Shown piece after piece: positions 47,560 to 60,195 of a stretch of 64,000 nt of DNA (positions within the stretch are counted from its first letter, which is position 1; the number at the start of each line of letters is the position of its first letter). The notes beneath the pieces are model-generated. The model did no database searches. It was not told where the DNA came from and was given only the letters and a program-made list of their open reading frames with translations. Source of the stretch: Dimorphilus gyrociliatus (Eukaryota; Animalia; Annelida). The position numbers and the translations under genes are program-made. The stretch lies in the NCBI GenBank assembly GCA_904063045.1, contig CAJFCJ010000071.1:56245-120244 (forward strand). Direction: 5' to 3'.

Positions 47560-48250
47560 GAAACGGTGGGTCAGTAAGAATTGGAAACAGGGACTAGCAT
47601 CTTTCCCCATAGACTAGTGAAACACAAAGATGTCGGTCTCTACTTACAAGGTAAACCCCTTTACTAAAGTGAGTCAAACTGAGAAGACCATTTCAAGTGA
47701 GATGGTGAAGATATCCCAGTATGGAATGATTTTAAAAATAATGTTTGGAATAAAGGTTGTGAGACTTTGAATAGGGCGAATGAAAGGTATAGCAAGCCTC
47801 ACCAAAATAGCTCTAGTTCAGGATTTCAAAATGCTGTTGAAACAATCTACAGCAAAGACGATATCATCATCAAACCTCCAGATAAAGGAAACAACATTGT
47901 AATCTTGAACATAAAGGTCTATTTGACAGAGACTAACAGACTATTATCTGATAATAACACCTACAAAATGGTCTCTTTTCCTATTTCAAAATCAAGACAT
48001 TCTGAAATCATCTCTATCCTTACAAAACTTAATAAGGAGGACTTTGTAATAAATAGGATGATAAAAAGAGCTTAGCTCAAAATGAAAGCTACAGACTGGT
48101 ATTTTTATCTTCTTCCAAAAATTCATAAAGAAAATTGGACAATTCCTAATAGGATGCCACTTGGGAGACCAGCTGTTTGTTTCAGGGAAGTGATTTATAT
48201 CTTCTCTCCTGTTGGCTAGATGCTTGTCTTCGACCATTGGCTATGGTGTG
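47560..48250 (+). mobile_element. Penelope-like retroelement reverse-transcriptase N-terminal remnant
   Basis: IIIKPPDKGNNIVILN..YL.E..RLLSD..TY; FYLLPKIHK...P.GRP. Confidence 0.8.
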
Positions 48251-49467
48251 TGGGGTATACTGTACGAATGCACGAGATACTTTAGATAGTAGTTCCTAAA
48301 CAGTTACACCAACACTTAGCAAGCTTACAGTGGGAGTGCAATTTTGGGATTGCCAGTCTCTACTGATTGGTCTAAAAAGTAAGAAACCTGATTTATGCTG
48401 AAATCTGAAATTATGCTCAAGGATTTTATACTAAATCATATATGCTATAACTTTTGATTTTCCAATCTTCTTTAGAAATGGAGTTGACAGGGTTTATTCA
48501 ATGTTTCTATTGTACCAAACAAGCTGAAAGAATCGTTTTGTACCTCATCTCCTTCAAATAATTTATATCACGTAGAGTTTCTTTCCGTTTTGCAATGGGA
48601 ATTTTAAACCATTGTAAGCGTTGCCAAATAAAGGCACCACGTGACAAAATTGTATAAAACTGGAGAGGGAAGACACTTAGCGAAATCCTTTTCATCCTGG
48701 CTATCACTCTTTATGAAGGCTTCTTTGGGCCTATAGTAGTATTATGTGTAACATAATGAATATCGTTTATTCAATAGTAAAATTCAATAACAATGTTCAC
48801 TAAAATAATTATGATTGACATTTGCATTTTGTAATTTTAAAACAAAACACTATTCAACAGTACTGTATTTTAAAAACAAAGGTTTATATTAAAGAATTAT
48901 ATTCATTATATATTGAAAATTCATTAGGGTATAGATATAAAGTATTTGAAGAAATTCAAATACATTCTGTTCAAATTGAAATTATCAATTGAAGAATGAA
49001 AGATTTACAATTGTCTTTCCTGTTGATTGTACTATTAAAGTTTGCAGTAAAAAATGTTACATCCCGACTTGACAGTTAGTTTTTACTCTGGTCTTCATTT
49101 AACAAAACTTAAATTTTTCTCAAATTTCAGTGTGTTTTACTGAAGTGCACCAAAAACATAGGCTAACTGGATATAACATTCTGACACCGACTAGTAAGGA
49201 TTTGGAAGAGTGCAAATATGAATGTATAATGAAAAGTACTTGCAAGTAATGAAATACTAAGCTGTAGAATATAACAACTAACCATTCTATTCCTCTCTCC
49301 CTCTCTCTCTCTTTCTCCCTCTTTCTAGGTCAATTGATTATGTACCATCTACAAAGGTTTGTAGTTTAAATTCAGAAGATAGATTCTCTAAACCTGATAA
49401 GTTTGATTTTTGGGAAACCACTAATTATTATGGGCGAAAAAATGGAACATGTGGTAATCTTATAGTA

Positions 49468-50550
49468 TTGAAATTTGTATCATCTTATCTTACATGTTCT
49501 TCTTTGGTTTCTTTTTACACAGACGTTGTTGTCAATGCGGCACAGTGTCAAAATATATCTCTAACACTTTGTGGCTCTTCGCTAACAACTAGAACCTATT
49601 GCGAGGCTTATGGATGTTGTTTTGTTGGTAATAGATGCTACTATGACAACACTTTTATACCTGGATTTATAAAAGTTTCAAGAAAAACAACAACATCATC
49701 AAAAATGTTGGTTTTTAGTGGAATAAATATGATAGATTGCTCAAAAAAGTGTTTAGAGAATCCTCTGTGTAGCTGTTTCGTCTACAATCTCCTAACAACC
49801 TTTTGCTTTTTATCAGCTGATGTTTGTATTGAAAGCGGTGACACTAATTTTGTTGATACAGTAACTTATCATAGGCTAGCTCACAAATCGCTAACTTGCT
49901 TCAAGACCTACTGTAGGGGTGAAACCGGCCACAATGTGAATAGTATCAAAGAATGCAAATCTCTATGTGATGCGCAATCTCAATGCGACATGGCTCTTTA
50001 CTGTCCCGATAAAAGATTAAATCGTTGCTTATTAAGCAATTTAAAAGCTGATACATGTGACTACAATAAAGATGAAGACAGAAAATGGGTTATACATCAA
50101 TCTTGTACTAATGGCCCAATTTTTGACGATACAAAAAGTTCAAGAAATGACAAACTAAAGAAAATAATGGATAGTGAAAGTGAACAAACATGTATTGATA
50201 TAAAACTTGATGAAAAATTTAATTTGAGAATTCCTTGGCCTTCAGTTGATTCTAATTTAAAAAATTTTGAAATTTTAGTTAAAGGTGAAAATCTGCAAAA
50301 TTGTATTAGTTCTACAAAGAGTTTGCCAGATTCTGGAGTGCTTGCTTACATTCCAATTGATGTACAATTAGACCCAACATTTCTTGGAGAATTTCATAGT
50401 TGTAAATTGATTGATGGAGATGGCAATCAGTTTTGTAATTATAGATGTGAATGCGGAGAAGAATATTGTCAGGCTGTATACATCAAGGCTTTTGGAGTAG
50501 TTGAGCAAAATATAAAAGTTTGCAACTATAATTTAACAAATGTACCGTAA
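49468..50550 (+). CDS. Secreted-type protein: trefoil-like Cys motif, two PAN/apple domains, C-terminal Cys-rich domain (true start may lie in an upstream exon)
   Basis: TRTYCEAYGCCFVGNRCYY; DCSKKCLENPLCSCFVY...CFLS; SIKECKSLCDAQSQCDMALY...CLLS; open 360-aa frame. Confidence 0.75.
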   Translation: MKFVSSYLTCSSLVSFYTDVVVNAAQCQNISLTLCGSSLTTRTYCEAYGCCFVGNRCYYDNTFIPGFIKVSRKTTTSSKMLVFSGINMIDCSKKCLENPLCSCFVYNLLTTFCFLSADVCIESGDTNFVDTVTYHRLAHKSLTCFKTYCRGETGHNVNSIKECKSLCDAQSQCDMALYCPDKRLNRCLLSNLKADTCDYNKDEDRKWVIHQSCTNGPIFDDTKSSRNDKLKKIMDSESEQTCIDIKLDEKFNLRIPWPSVDSNLKNFEILVKGENLQNCISSTKSLPDSGVLAYIPIDVQLDPTFLGEFHSCKLIDGDGNQFCNYRCECGEEYCQAVYIKAFGVVEQNIKVCNYNLTNVP

Positions 50551-50897
50551 AAATTACATTCGTATAAAACTTAAATAGCTATGAACTAGAAGTTGACAAG
50601 CATGAAAGGTATGGGTTTGTTTAAATTGACTGGCACCCAATCATTTTCTATCTATGACCATTGTCTGTTAACTGTATTTTAAAGAAAGTTGAAAATAAAT
50701 TTCAAAAGTCAACCTGAATCAATCAATAAATCAATCAATGTAAATCATTAAATTGCCATAGTATTGCTCAATTTTTTAATGTGTTTACTGGTCGGGGTCA
50801 TTGTCTTCTAGTGTGTAATTTTTAATAGAGAACTTCAAACTTTACTTTTTAGTTGACTAGTAAATAGCCTCAAAGTGTCAATACTAATCTCATCTGT

Positions 50898-52414
50898 TTA
50901 TATTTTTGTGTCTGTATGTTTTACTGATAAAAAAAATAAAGGGCTGTAAGAAAATATCCTTGGAAATTGGACAGTATAATCAAAAAAGACTGAAACATAT
51001 ATTCCGGAATCAGAATTTAAGGTCAAGGTAAATAGTCCACAAGAAGTCTGATTATTAGTATTTTTTCCAAAAATACTAAATCTTAATGCTTTAATATTGA
51101 AATGATAATATTGTGGTAGATAATAAAATACTGGTGTGAGTTTTTGAATACTAAACACTCTTGTTGAATCACCTAGAAGACATAATAATGAATGAATAAT
51201 AGATAAGGATTTTGCTTAATTTAAATTTATGAATGAATTAAACCTGTTGAATAAACTTGAATGGCTTGAAAACCAACATATTTTTGGGTATCACTATGAA
51301 TATTCAGAACTGTAACATTAATCCATTGTTCTATAAACTCATCAATATAACTAAAGCATTTTAAATGTCTGTCTTTGGGAAAGTCTAAAATGATAGATGA
51401 ACCAGAGCTCCAATCAACTCTTACTTGTGAAAATAATCTTTTATTAGCCCCCTGTCTGAAAAGTGTCCTCTATTCATTTACTTTCTTGATAAAACAAGGT
51501 TAAATATGATATTTTACCTATTTCCTAAACAATATTTTACAGGTACTACAGCTGTAGAGAATTTAACCAACATATATACACCAATACACCTTAGACCTAG
51601 ACAATTACTCATCCATTCTTGATGAGACAAAAACTGACCACTGATAAGATCTAATGTAAGATTACAATCTCTTGATTTAGAGACACCTTTACTGGCTTCA
51701 CAAATTGCACCTTTTGAAGAATCGGCAACATTTACAAGAAATTCATCATTGTAGTTTTCGGTATCTATCAGGTGAATTAAAAGTATTTTTGTTGTTGTTG
51801 TTTTTTTGTGTTAATTTGATTATTTGAAATAAAATACCCGAGTAAGCATAAAGAAAAATACCACTGAAACCTTTGTTTTGAATTGGTGGGGTTTCAACAA
51901 CTTGTATCTCTACTGACGTTGCTCCTAAACCAATATTCTCTTCCAATAGAAAGCATTGACTGTGAGTACTTGAATCTGGATATATAAAAAAGTTCGAATT
52001 TCCAGGAAATTTAATTTTTAAATTTTGTGGATTCATTGTTGTTTTTAAAAATCCTTTTGTAAGACAAAGTTGAATAATATCAAAACTTTTTCTAAACGAA
52101 ATATTTATAGTATCAGAATTACAGGAAGAGCTTGAACATACTGTCATCCATGAATTGATATTCACCCAAGGTGAAACTAGAGCATTTTTGCAATAGAACG
52201 TTGTATCGTGTACAGTTTTTCTAACATCATTCGAAGAGCAATTTGCTCCATTGTCTAAAGTTGCAACATTGATTAACTGTCCTGTTAATTTAACACTATC
52301 AGTAATATAACAACAAAATTGAGTAAAGTAGATGAGAATGATAAATCTAGTATTCAAATAATTCATTTCAAATTTTGAATAATTTCTAAAAATTGTGCAA
52401 TTCACTTGGTGCAT
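50898..52414 (-). CDS. Secreted protein with an F5/8-like domain; downstream exons uncertain
   Basis: Signal peptide MNYLNTRFIILIYFTQFCCYITDS; NVATLDNGANCSS...WMTVCSSSSCNSDTINISFRKSFDIIQLCL, similar to the 35.0-kb domain. Confidence 0.55.
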
Positions 52415-53097
52415 AGAGCTGAGTGAAAGAGGTAATTGAAGAAAGAAGAGAATATGTAATAATAAATTATTTATGGTGTTGATAGGATCTTTTCCTCATC
52501 TAGTTTCTATACAAAAACAATTTGTACTGTTGACTCTAGGTTACTCATTAATTTTAAATATAGAAAAACTGCTATCATTGTATTACGATCAGTTTTAGAG
52601 CAAATGTTATTCCATTAAAAAAGCTAAGCCTCTACGATGTATCTGATTGTGAGATAAGTGGCGCCATATTTTAACTGATAGAGAGCACCACCAGCATGTT
52701 AAAATATGTGTATAAATGCCTAAATTGACAAAAAATTTTTATTATGTCACCAGATGATGACTGACAACAGTTGGAATGTTTGTAAATTGTAATTGATTTT
52801 ATAAAATACATATATAATATTAAGACTCTTCTGAATTATTTTTATCACATGCTACTTTTATTCTGAATCATTTGCAATCATTTCCCATGTTACCAATGTC
52901 TGATTTTAATTTACCGTGTCTGATTAACACTCACCTGTAATGAAATGGTAAACAAACAAAGAGGGAAGAATTGAAGAGAGCTGACATTTATTATGTACTC
53001 AGAATGTATTGCTAAATATTTGCAGTAAATATTAGTGATGAATGAATGATCACTTTGATAGATTCTTTCTATAAAATAATCAATATTTCCTGACTGA

Positions 53098-53285
53098 GGA
53101 ATGGAAAACGCCCATTTTGCAGTTATTTTGGGGTGAGAATTTGGGTTGGGAAAGGGTTAGGAAAAATATTCCAACAATTGATTTGTAATTAGGTGGGTCC
53201 AAACTAAGGGTTAGGAACAATGAAGCTTAGTCTAGGGCTGGGTTAGGGTTAGAGTAAAACCACAGAACTGTGGGTGATTTCAAAG
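53098..53285 (-). mobile_element. Telomeric-repeat MITE, diverged or truncated copy
   Basis: gggctgggttagggttagagtaaaacc and the family's internal order of motifs. Confidence 0.75.
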
Positions 53286-53340
53286 TAAAGTGAAAATCTT
53301 TATTATTCTTGTGATATAAAAGTGTACAATATAATGTTTC

Positions 53341-53547
53341 GGATACGACAGAAAACGTCCACAAATGAGTGCTTTTACCCTAACCCTAACCCAGCCCTTA
53401 GCTGTACCTAACCTTTTTCATTACCCCTAACCCTTAGAGGAGACCCTCCTAACTGCAAATCAGTTACTGTTTTCTTTTGCCTAGCCATTTCTCAATCCAA
53501 ATTTTTGTCTTGAAATTTCTCATTTGTGGACGTTTTCTGTCGACCCC
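53341..53547 (+). mobile_element. Telomeric-repeat MITE
   Basis: 207 bp; cgacagaaaacgtccacaaatgag / ctcatttgtggacgttttctgtcg inverted repeat; ccctaaccctaacccagccc. Confidence 0.92.
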
Positions 53548-53814
53548 GATATTTCATTTATTGAATAAATTAGATAGTAGCATTTAATTTACATGGAACT
53601 TGTTCAAACTCTACTATTTCATAGTCTTTTTTCGGCTGTTCTTTTATCCATCTTTTGCATAGTGACATTTAAGCCACATCCAAAGTTTCTTATCAAACTT
53701 TCAAAAACGAATTTTGTATAAATATTGTTTTAATTTGCCAAGTCTATTTTTAACTTTAATGTTTTGAGAAAGATTTTTTTAAAAATTTGAGATATAAATG
53801 ATAGCAGTTTTAGT

Positions 53815-55590
53815 AATCTAAATATAAATTAGATTGAATACAGCTGGTGGAAGGCAAAGTTGGTTTCTTAGCAAATAATGCAGAAACTTTTTGTTGTTTT
53901 TTCTAGCATAGCTTTTTAAGAGACACAAATTTGACAGTGTTCTGTCTGTACTCTAATCTAAATTTCTTCAGAGCTTTGACCTTCTACTAAGCCTATGAAA
54001 GTATAATATATTTTCTTACTAGTTGTTAGCCTTAAAAGTTTTTTCTATGGAAAGTTAGGCAAGAAATTCTTTCTGATACTTTCTAGAATAGTGTTGCTCA
54101 GAATTGAGATATTTAGAATTTTTATATTTGAAAAGAAGCAGAAGGAATACTTGAGAATTTTATGGTAACTTTATTGAATGATGATGAGCATTCAGATCAC
54201 CTAGTCAAATGTTTTCATTTAACTGCTCAATGGATCAACCAGCAGATATGTAAGATATCGATTTAACAAATATTTTGAAATGCTATTTTGAATAGATAAA
54301 ATAACTGGAAAGAAATTTTTGAAAGAATACAAACTATAAAAAGATTTCTATAACTGTCCATACTTTAAATAACATTATCTCCTTTGTTGAAACACCAGCT
54401 TGTATGTTGATTTGCAATTGTAGAAAATTTTAGCAAGAACTGAAACATTTGTGCTATTTTTCCCGGTTATGGCCATTTCTCAATGTTACACTTAAAAATT
54501 AAAAATTTTTTTTTGGAATTTTTACTCTTTCCATTCTTAAAAAATCAAAATGGAGTATGTTTTATATTGAAAAACTTAGAATGAGCCATACTGCTGATTC
54601 TCGATTTTTACAATCGGATAATACATTTTTTGACTCTCCCTATTTCTGATTAGGTTTTATAAGTTTGACCAAAACAAGTTTCAAGAGACCCCCATAAAGT
54701 ATAAACTTTCTGTACAAGTAGGACTGTCTATAACTAATCAATCAAAAAATGCTAAGTATGTGTTTTAATCTCATCAGTGTTTTAAATTTTTGGCTAGCTG
54801 CCAAGTATGATTGACCTATCACGAATTGGTCCTGGCCATTTGCACAACTCGTCAAGGTCAACAGTTACTGACATTTTGGAACATCAAATGTTGTCTAATA
54901 CTCAATCTTCAGCGAAATGATTTGAAAAAAGTTGGCCAAATTCAATTCTCTTTTAAATCAATGATCATCAATAGAATTTCTGCAATAGTGATATACTTTG
55001 TAATTGGTGGATAAAAAACCTAGAATAATCTTTTTAAAAAATAACTTTCACTTTTTATTAATAATATTTTCTTAATATTTCAAATTTGGATATTAAACAC
55101 TAACAACTCGTCTACTAATCAGATACTAATTAGTAAGTGGTGTTTTTTTTCTTTCTATAATGAACTGAAACTGCAATGTAAACAAACAGAAAACTTTAAT
55201 AAACCTACTGAAAGTTTACATAGAGCAGTAAAATTACAGAACTTACAGAATAATGTTTTTGCTCACAAGAAAAAGACTCAACATTTTAAGCTTTTTGAAA
55301 AAACTAAAATAGATCTCATTTGAAAAAAAACTCTAAGAAATTTCAATCTTTCAAAAGACATACTTTGTTTTTGTGTCAATTACGAAGAGCAATATATAGA
55401 ATATACCTATATATTTTTCATGGTAATATATAAAAAATCATTTACAGCCCTTTATACTTTTTTAATAGAAAAAGACTAGGCCAGATTTTTTATAGCATAA
55501 AATAACATCAGAAATCTAAATATAAATTAGATTGAATACAGCTGGTGGAAGGCAAAGTTGGTTTCTTGGCAAATAATGCAGAAACTTTTT
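53815..55590 (+). repeat. Direct repeat pair of about 80 bp (about 53815-53895 and 55512-55592)
   Basis: atctaaatataaattagattgaatacagctggtggaaggcaaagttggtttctt.gcaaataatgcagaaactttttgt occurs twice. Confidence 0.9.
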
Positions 55591-55639
55591 GTAATTTTAA
55601 CAAATTTAACTCTACTGCAAAATTCAATGCAGACACTTT

Positions 55640-56849
55640 TGATAAGTGTAATAAATTTTGCAGACAATTATGTTGAGATTACAAATTCTGGATCAAACTT
55701 AATAGATTTAACCCCCATTTACCTATATGAGATATTAGGTGAATAAAGGTACTAAAAAAGTATATTATCCAACAAATTTAGCTGGTACATTACAACCAAA
55801 TGCTTTTTTGAAAGTTCATTATACTGATAGACCAGTAAAGAGAGCTGTTCAAGAAAATTCATATTATTTTGATGACCCTGTCGATACTCCAAGCACATTT
55901 ATCTTATCAGACGGTGTGTATTAAACTTTAGCTTAAAATTCTGACAATCAACTTTATAACAACCTTTTCACAGCTGTCAAGTATCATACTGATCCAGCAG
56001 ATTTTCAACAAAGTGATATAATTGATGGTGTTGTCTTTGTAAAAACACTCACACCAAATATTTATTCTTTTATAAATTGGTCTGGTGATATTATTGTTAG
56101 TAATGGAGCTTCAATTAGAAGCTGAAAATGATTGTCCTAATCAAGGTTGAGTATTCAATGTTGTTTTATACCATTTGTTTTTTAGTAATCCTACTTTAAA
56201 ATAGGTTCCCAAGGTGATCCACATTTACACCAATCTATTGTGGATTCAAAAACTGGACAGCTACATCATATTTGTTATGATGTTGTTGGTAAATCTGACC
56301 AATCAATTTTTATTCTATATGATCCAATCTTAAAGGTCAAGGTCAAAGGAATTCTTAAAGATGATTATTATATCCATGAGATCAGGATAACTGTCGATAA
56401 TCAAGTTATAAAGATTAAAACGTATGTGATAATTTTTCCAGATGATATTATTGAATGGAATAATCATAATCAAATTAAAAAAGCCAGTGAATTTGGACAA
56501 TATTCTTTTCTGTTATCTCAAAATTCTATTCAAATTACTTTTAAAAACCATCCTAAAACACTAACAATTACTGTATTAAGAGAAAACAATTCATTTAAAT
56601 GGCCCATTCTTGAATGTTCTGTTTGATAGTGTCAAAACAGCAGCAAAGAACTATGGCGGAATAATTGGAGATATTGCAAAAAAATCTTTTAAAGTTTTTC
56701 CATCTGCTCAGAGTGATACCAGAGTTGTTTTTCAGATTATTGATGAGTATGTACAAGCAATTAAGAAGACTAGATATGAAAAGAATTGCTGGTTTATTCT
56801 TCTCAGACATTTAATTTCTAAAGATGAACTCTCCAAATACATTTACTAA
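55640..56849 (+). pseudogene. Gene remnant with a lamin-tail-like domain followed by an ITIH C-terminal / VWD-like domain
   Basis: DNYVEITNSGSNLIDLT; spliced exon GSQGDPHL...ICYDVVGK...ILYDPILKVKVKG; GGIIGDIA; frameshifts and stops. Confidence 0.55.
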
Positions 56850-57794
56850 GAGTATCATCTTTCTGATGTGAGATTCAATTAAGCTTAAATTGTAATTTGG
56901 CTAAAAAAAGAATGTAATAAGAAAGCAATGAAAAACATATCTATGGTTCCTTACTCTATCCTTTGCCTAGCCATTGTCATTGTGTTTGTGACATTTGTTT
57001 TTTTTGCCAGATGTCTCACCTAATGTGACCTAACATTAAAATCTTAGAGAGCATTCAAAAAATACATTGATGATTGAGAGAATGTATTTCCAATCTCATC
57101 ATTTTATGGTGTATATGTACTTTATTGTATTATAATTGTAACAATTTCTGACTTTTCAAAGCAGTATAATTCCTTTCCAATCATTTACAAATTTGGCAAA
57201 GTACTCACAAAAATGTATTAAGTAAATAAGTTATAATTTAACAGTACAGTTTAGTCTACAGTTAGAGATTGGAGACTGACAAGCTTTGAAGTGGCCTCTC
57301 CTTTTATATATGAACCGAGCTTGGTTTCAATTAGTCAAAGGCTTGCATGTAACAAATATTCTTTTGAATATGAATGACTATTATATAACATATCTAAAAT
57401 ATTATAGTCTAAATTCAAAATTTAAGTGGAACTTTGCATAATCTCAATTAGAACAAAACTTTTTTATTTGATGAATTTCTGCAGAAAGATTTTTTGAAAA
57501 TGGAGAAAAGATTTTAATCTAGGAAAGGCAGATAAATGTTATTTAACCTGAAAAGTAGATGTGAGATGTCAATATATTTTTTCTATGGGTTAGGTTGAAA
57601 TCAGACTCAGTCGAAATCTTACACTATGAAAATATTTAAACATTCGGTATATTCATAGATTTAAGATATTTAAATGTAAATGTTGGATATCATTTACATG
57701 AAAAGCAAAGTGCAAATATGACAAATTTGCTTGGAAATTGTTCTAGCTCTAATTGAAGAAGCAGAAGATTACAGACTGATAATCTTAAAGGCCC

Positions 57795-57840
57795 TCTGGA
57801 TGATCATCTGTCTCTGTCTGTCTGTCTGTCTGTCTGCCTC
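57795..57840. repeat. (TCTG)n microsatellite
   Basis: tctgtctctgtctgtctgtctgtctgtctgtctg. Confidence 0.9.
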
Positions 57841-57939
57841 AGAACTTTAGGGATATTTTGTAATTTGACAACCTACTGTTATGAACTATCTATTCTGCTA
57901 TTCAACTTTCATATCGTTTGCTTAAATATTATATTTATG

Positions 57940-58025
57940 AATAAAGCATTTAAATTAAAGGTTCAGGTAGAGCCAGTACTTTTGCTGTAACTTGCAAAAT
58001 GCATAAATTGCTCAACTGAGTAGTA
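57940..58025 (+). repeat. LTR 3'-end (U5) fragment
   Basis: aataaagcattt...aaaggttcaggtagagccagtact...aacttgcaaa resembles 5140-5230. Confidence 0.65.
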
Positions 58026-58241
58026 TCCTAATCTTTATTTATCATTATTCTTTGATAAAGTACATGTCATTTAAAAATATAGTATAACTAAGGTCAAGGA
58101 AATCTATTTATTTTTTGTGAATTTTCAACATCAATGGATTGATAGAAAAAGTCTTATCTGAAAAAAAATCTTATCTTTTGAAATAAAAGAGGAAATTCTG
58201 CTTCATTTCAAAAGTGTAAAAAGTAGTTGTAACAAAGAAAA

Positions 58242-60195
58242 ATGAAATTCATATTTTCTCTTTTATTTTGTAACTAGATTTTTTTTATTTCTTTTTCAGT
58301 CTATAATCAATTTTTAATTCATTTTTGTTACAGTTTTATCACTGGTTGAATGGAATTTTTCGCAGTTTGTTTGCCCTCTTAATTCTGAATTAAGACCAAT
58401 TGATGGTTCTTATCCGGATCCTGAGTATTGTGGTACTTACTATCATTGTATTAATGGTACAGCCCATCCTCAACAATGTCCTCCTGGACTCTTCTTCACG
58501 ATCTCATTAACAAATTGTAAATATTCTATGTGTGTTGAGCCTGAGGAGGCGGATTGTCCTGGTGGAAATTCATCCATGATTGTTAAGTCAGATTACCCTT
58601 CAGAGTGTTCTATGGATGATGATACTCTAATTACACCTCAACAGTCTTGTTATCTAAAGAATGATGACTGTGAAGGAGGACAAAATGGAACATTTCCTAA
58701 CCAAAATGACTGTAGGCAATACTATCATTGTTACAATGGAGTTGCTTGGCCACAGCAATGTCCATCTGGTTACTTCTTTAGTCCAACATTGAATGTTCGT
58801 GATTGTACAACTAGAATATGTGTTACTGCTGAAGAGTCTAAGTGTCCTATACCAGGAGGATGGTCCGAATGGTCTGAATGGAGCGGATGTGATCCAAATT
58901 GTGGTGATGGTTTAAAAACAAGAACAAGAAGTTGTTCAAATCCTCCACCATCCAATGGAGGAGCAGAATGTCCTGGTAATTCAGTAGATTTAGAATTGTG
59001 TTTAAACCCTCCTTGTAATCTTTATAAAAATCCTTCATTTATGGTATCTTTAACAAGAACAACACAAATTAGAAGAGGGAAACTTGAATGGCATAAAGTA
59101 AATTATGATAATGGAGATTTATTCAACACTGCAACAAATTCACTGAATATAACTAAAAATGGATTTTACTATCTATCATATACTGGAACAACATCAACAG
59201 CTTCATCAATAAGCTATTTAGCACAACTTAGAAATGTTGGTGTTGATAATATCCTCTATCAAGGAAAAAGTTATCACAGAGATACATTCAGTTCAGCTGG
59301 AATATATATATTTACACCTCTCAATCAACCTTATATTTCTCATGAATTAGAAACTCATACAGTAAGCAGTGAAAGAGGTTTCGAAACATCTTGGACAGGT
59401 TTTCATTACAATTCTGAAAATGTATTTTTTGTTGGTAGATATACAGATTTTTTCCAAAATGGACAACCAATTACATTTCAAAGGATTGTTACTTTAAGAG
59501 GTGCATCAATGAATACTCAAATGACTGAAATAATTGCATCATCAAAAGGATGGTATTTCATTAATTTTGGAAGTGGATTCTACAGTTTTAGAAAATGCTT
59601 AGTCAGCTTAACAATCAATGGTGAAACAATATCGAAAGAGAGAATGATAGTTAAAAGCAACTCTATTAGAGAACACAATCAAGCATCAAGAGGGATAATG
59701 CTCCATTTGGAGGAAAATGACAGATTATCTTTAAAATTGATAGAAGGATCTGTAAGATCAACATCATTGTATACTTATATATCAGGATTTAAACTCAATG
59801 CTACTGAACAACGTCCAGCATTTTATGCCTATAGAACAGAAAATTTACAAACAACTCAAAGGGTTAAAATTGCCTATCAACAAATTGTTTATGATACAAA
59901 TTCTGGTTGGAATTCTATAGAAAATTCTTATAAAGTTTCCATTTCCGGTTTATATTATATTGATATATCTGTTGGAACATGGCCATTTTCACAATGCGTA
60001 GTATATATTATGGTAAATAATGAACAAAAATTAGGTATGCAAAGGCTAAGGAGTAGAGCAGCTACTGAGATTATGAGCAGAGGAGGATTATTAAAATTGG
60101 AACAGGGAGACAGTCTATCAATAGAAACCAGTCATAGTCTATATAGTGATAATTGGAAATTGACATCAATTGCTTTGTTTTATGTTTCATCTTAA
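58242..60195 (+). CDS. Secreted protein: signal peptide - 2x chitin-binding CBM14 - TSP1 - 3x globular C1q; exons 58242-58269 and 58334-60195
   Basis: Spliced leader MKFIFSLLFFLSLVEWNFSQ over a 64-bp GT-AG intron; YPDPEYCGTYYHCING...CPPGLFF; FPNQNDCRQYYHCYNG...CPSGYFF; WSEWSEWSGC...TRTRSCSNPPPSNGGAEC; three C1q-type repeats (GFYYLSY, GWYFINF, GLYYIDI; TSFxGF-like ends). Confidence 0.9.

Noticed and set aside
52655-52708. Hairpin catattttaac...gttaaaatatg as a miRNA or terminator
   Set aside because: AT-rich 11-bp stem with a large loop; no recognisable mature miRNA, plausible by chance or as a MITE remnant
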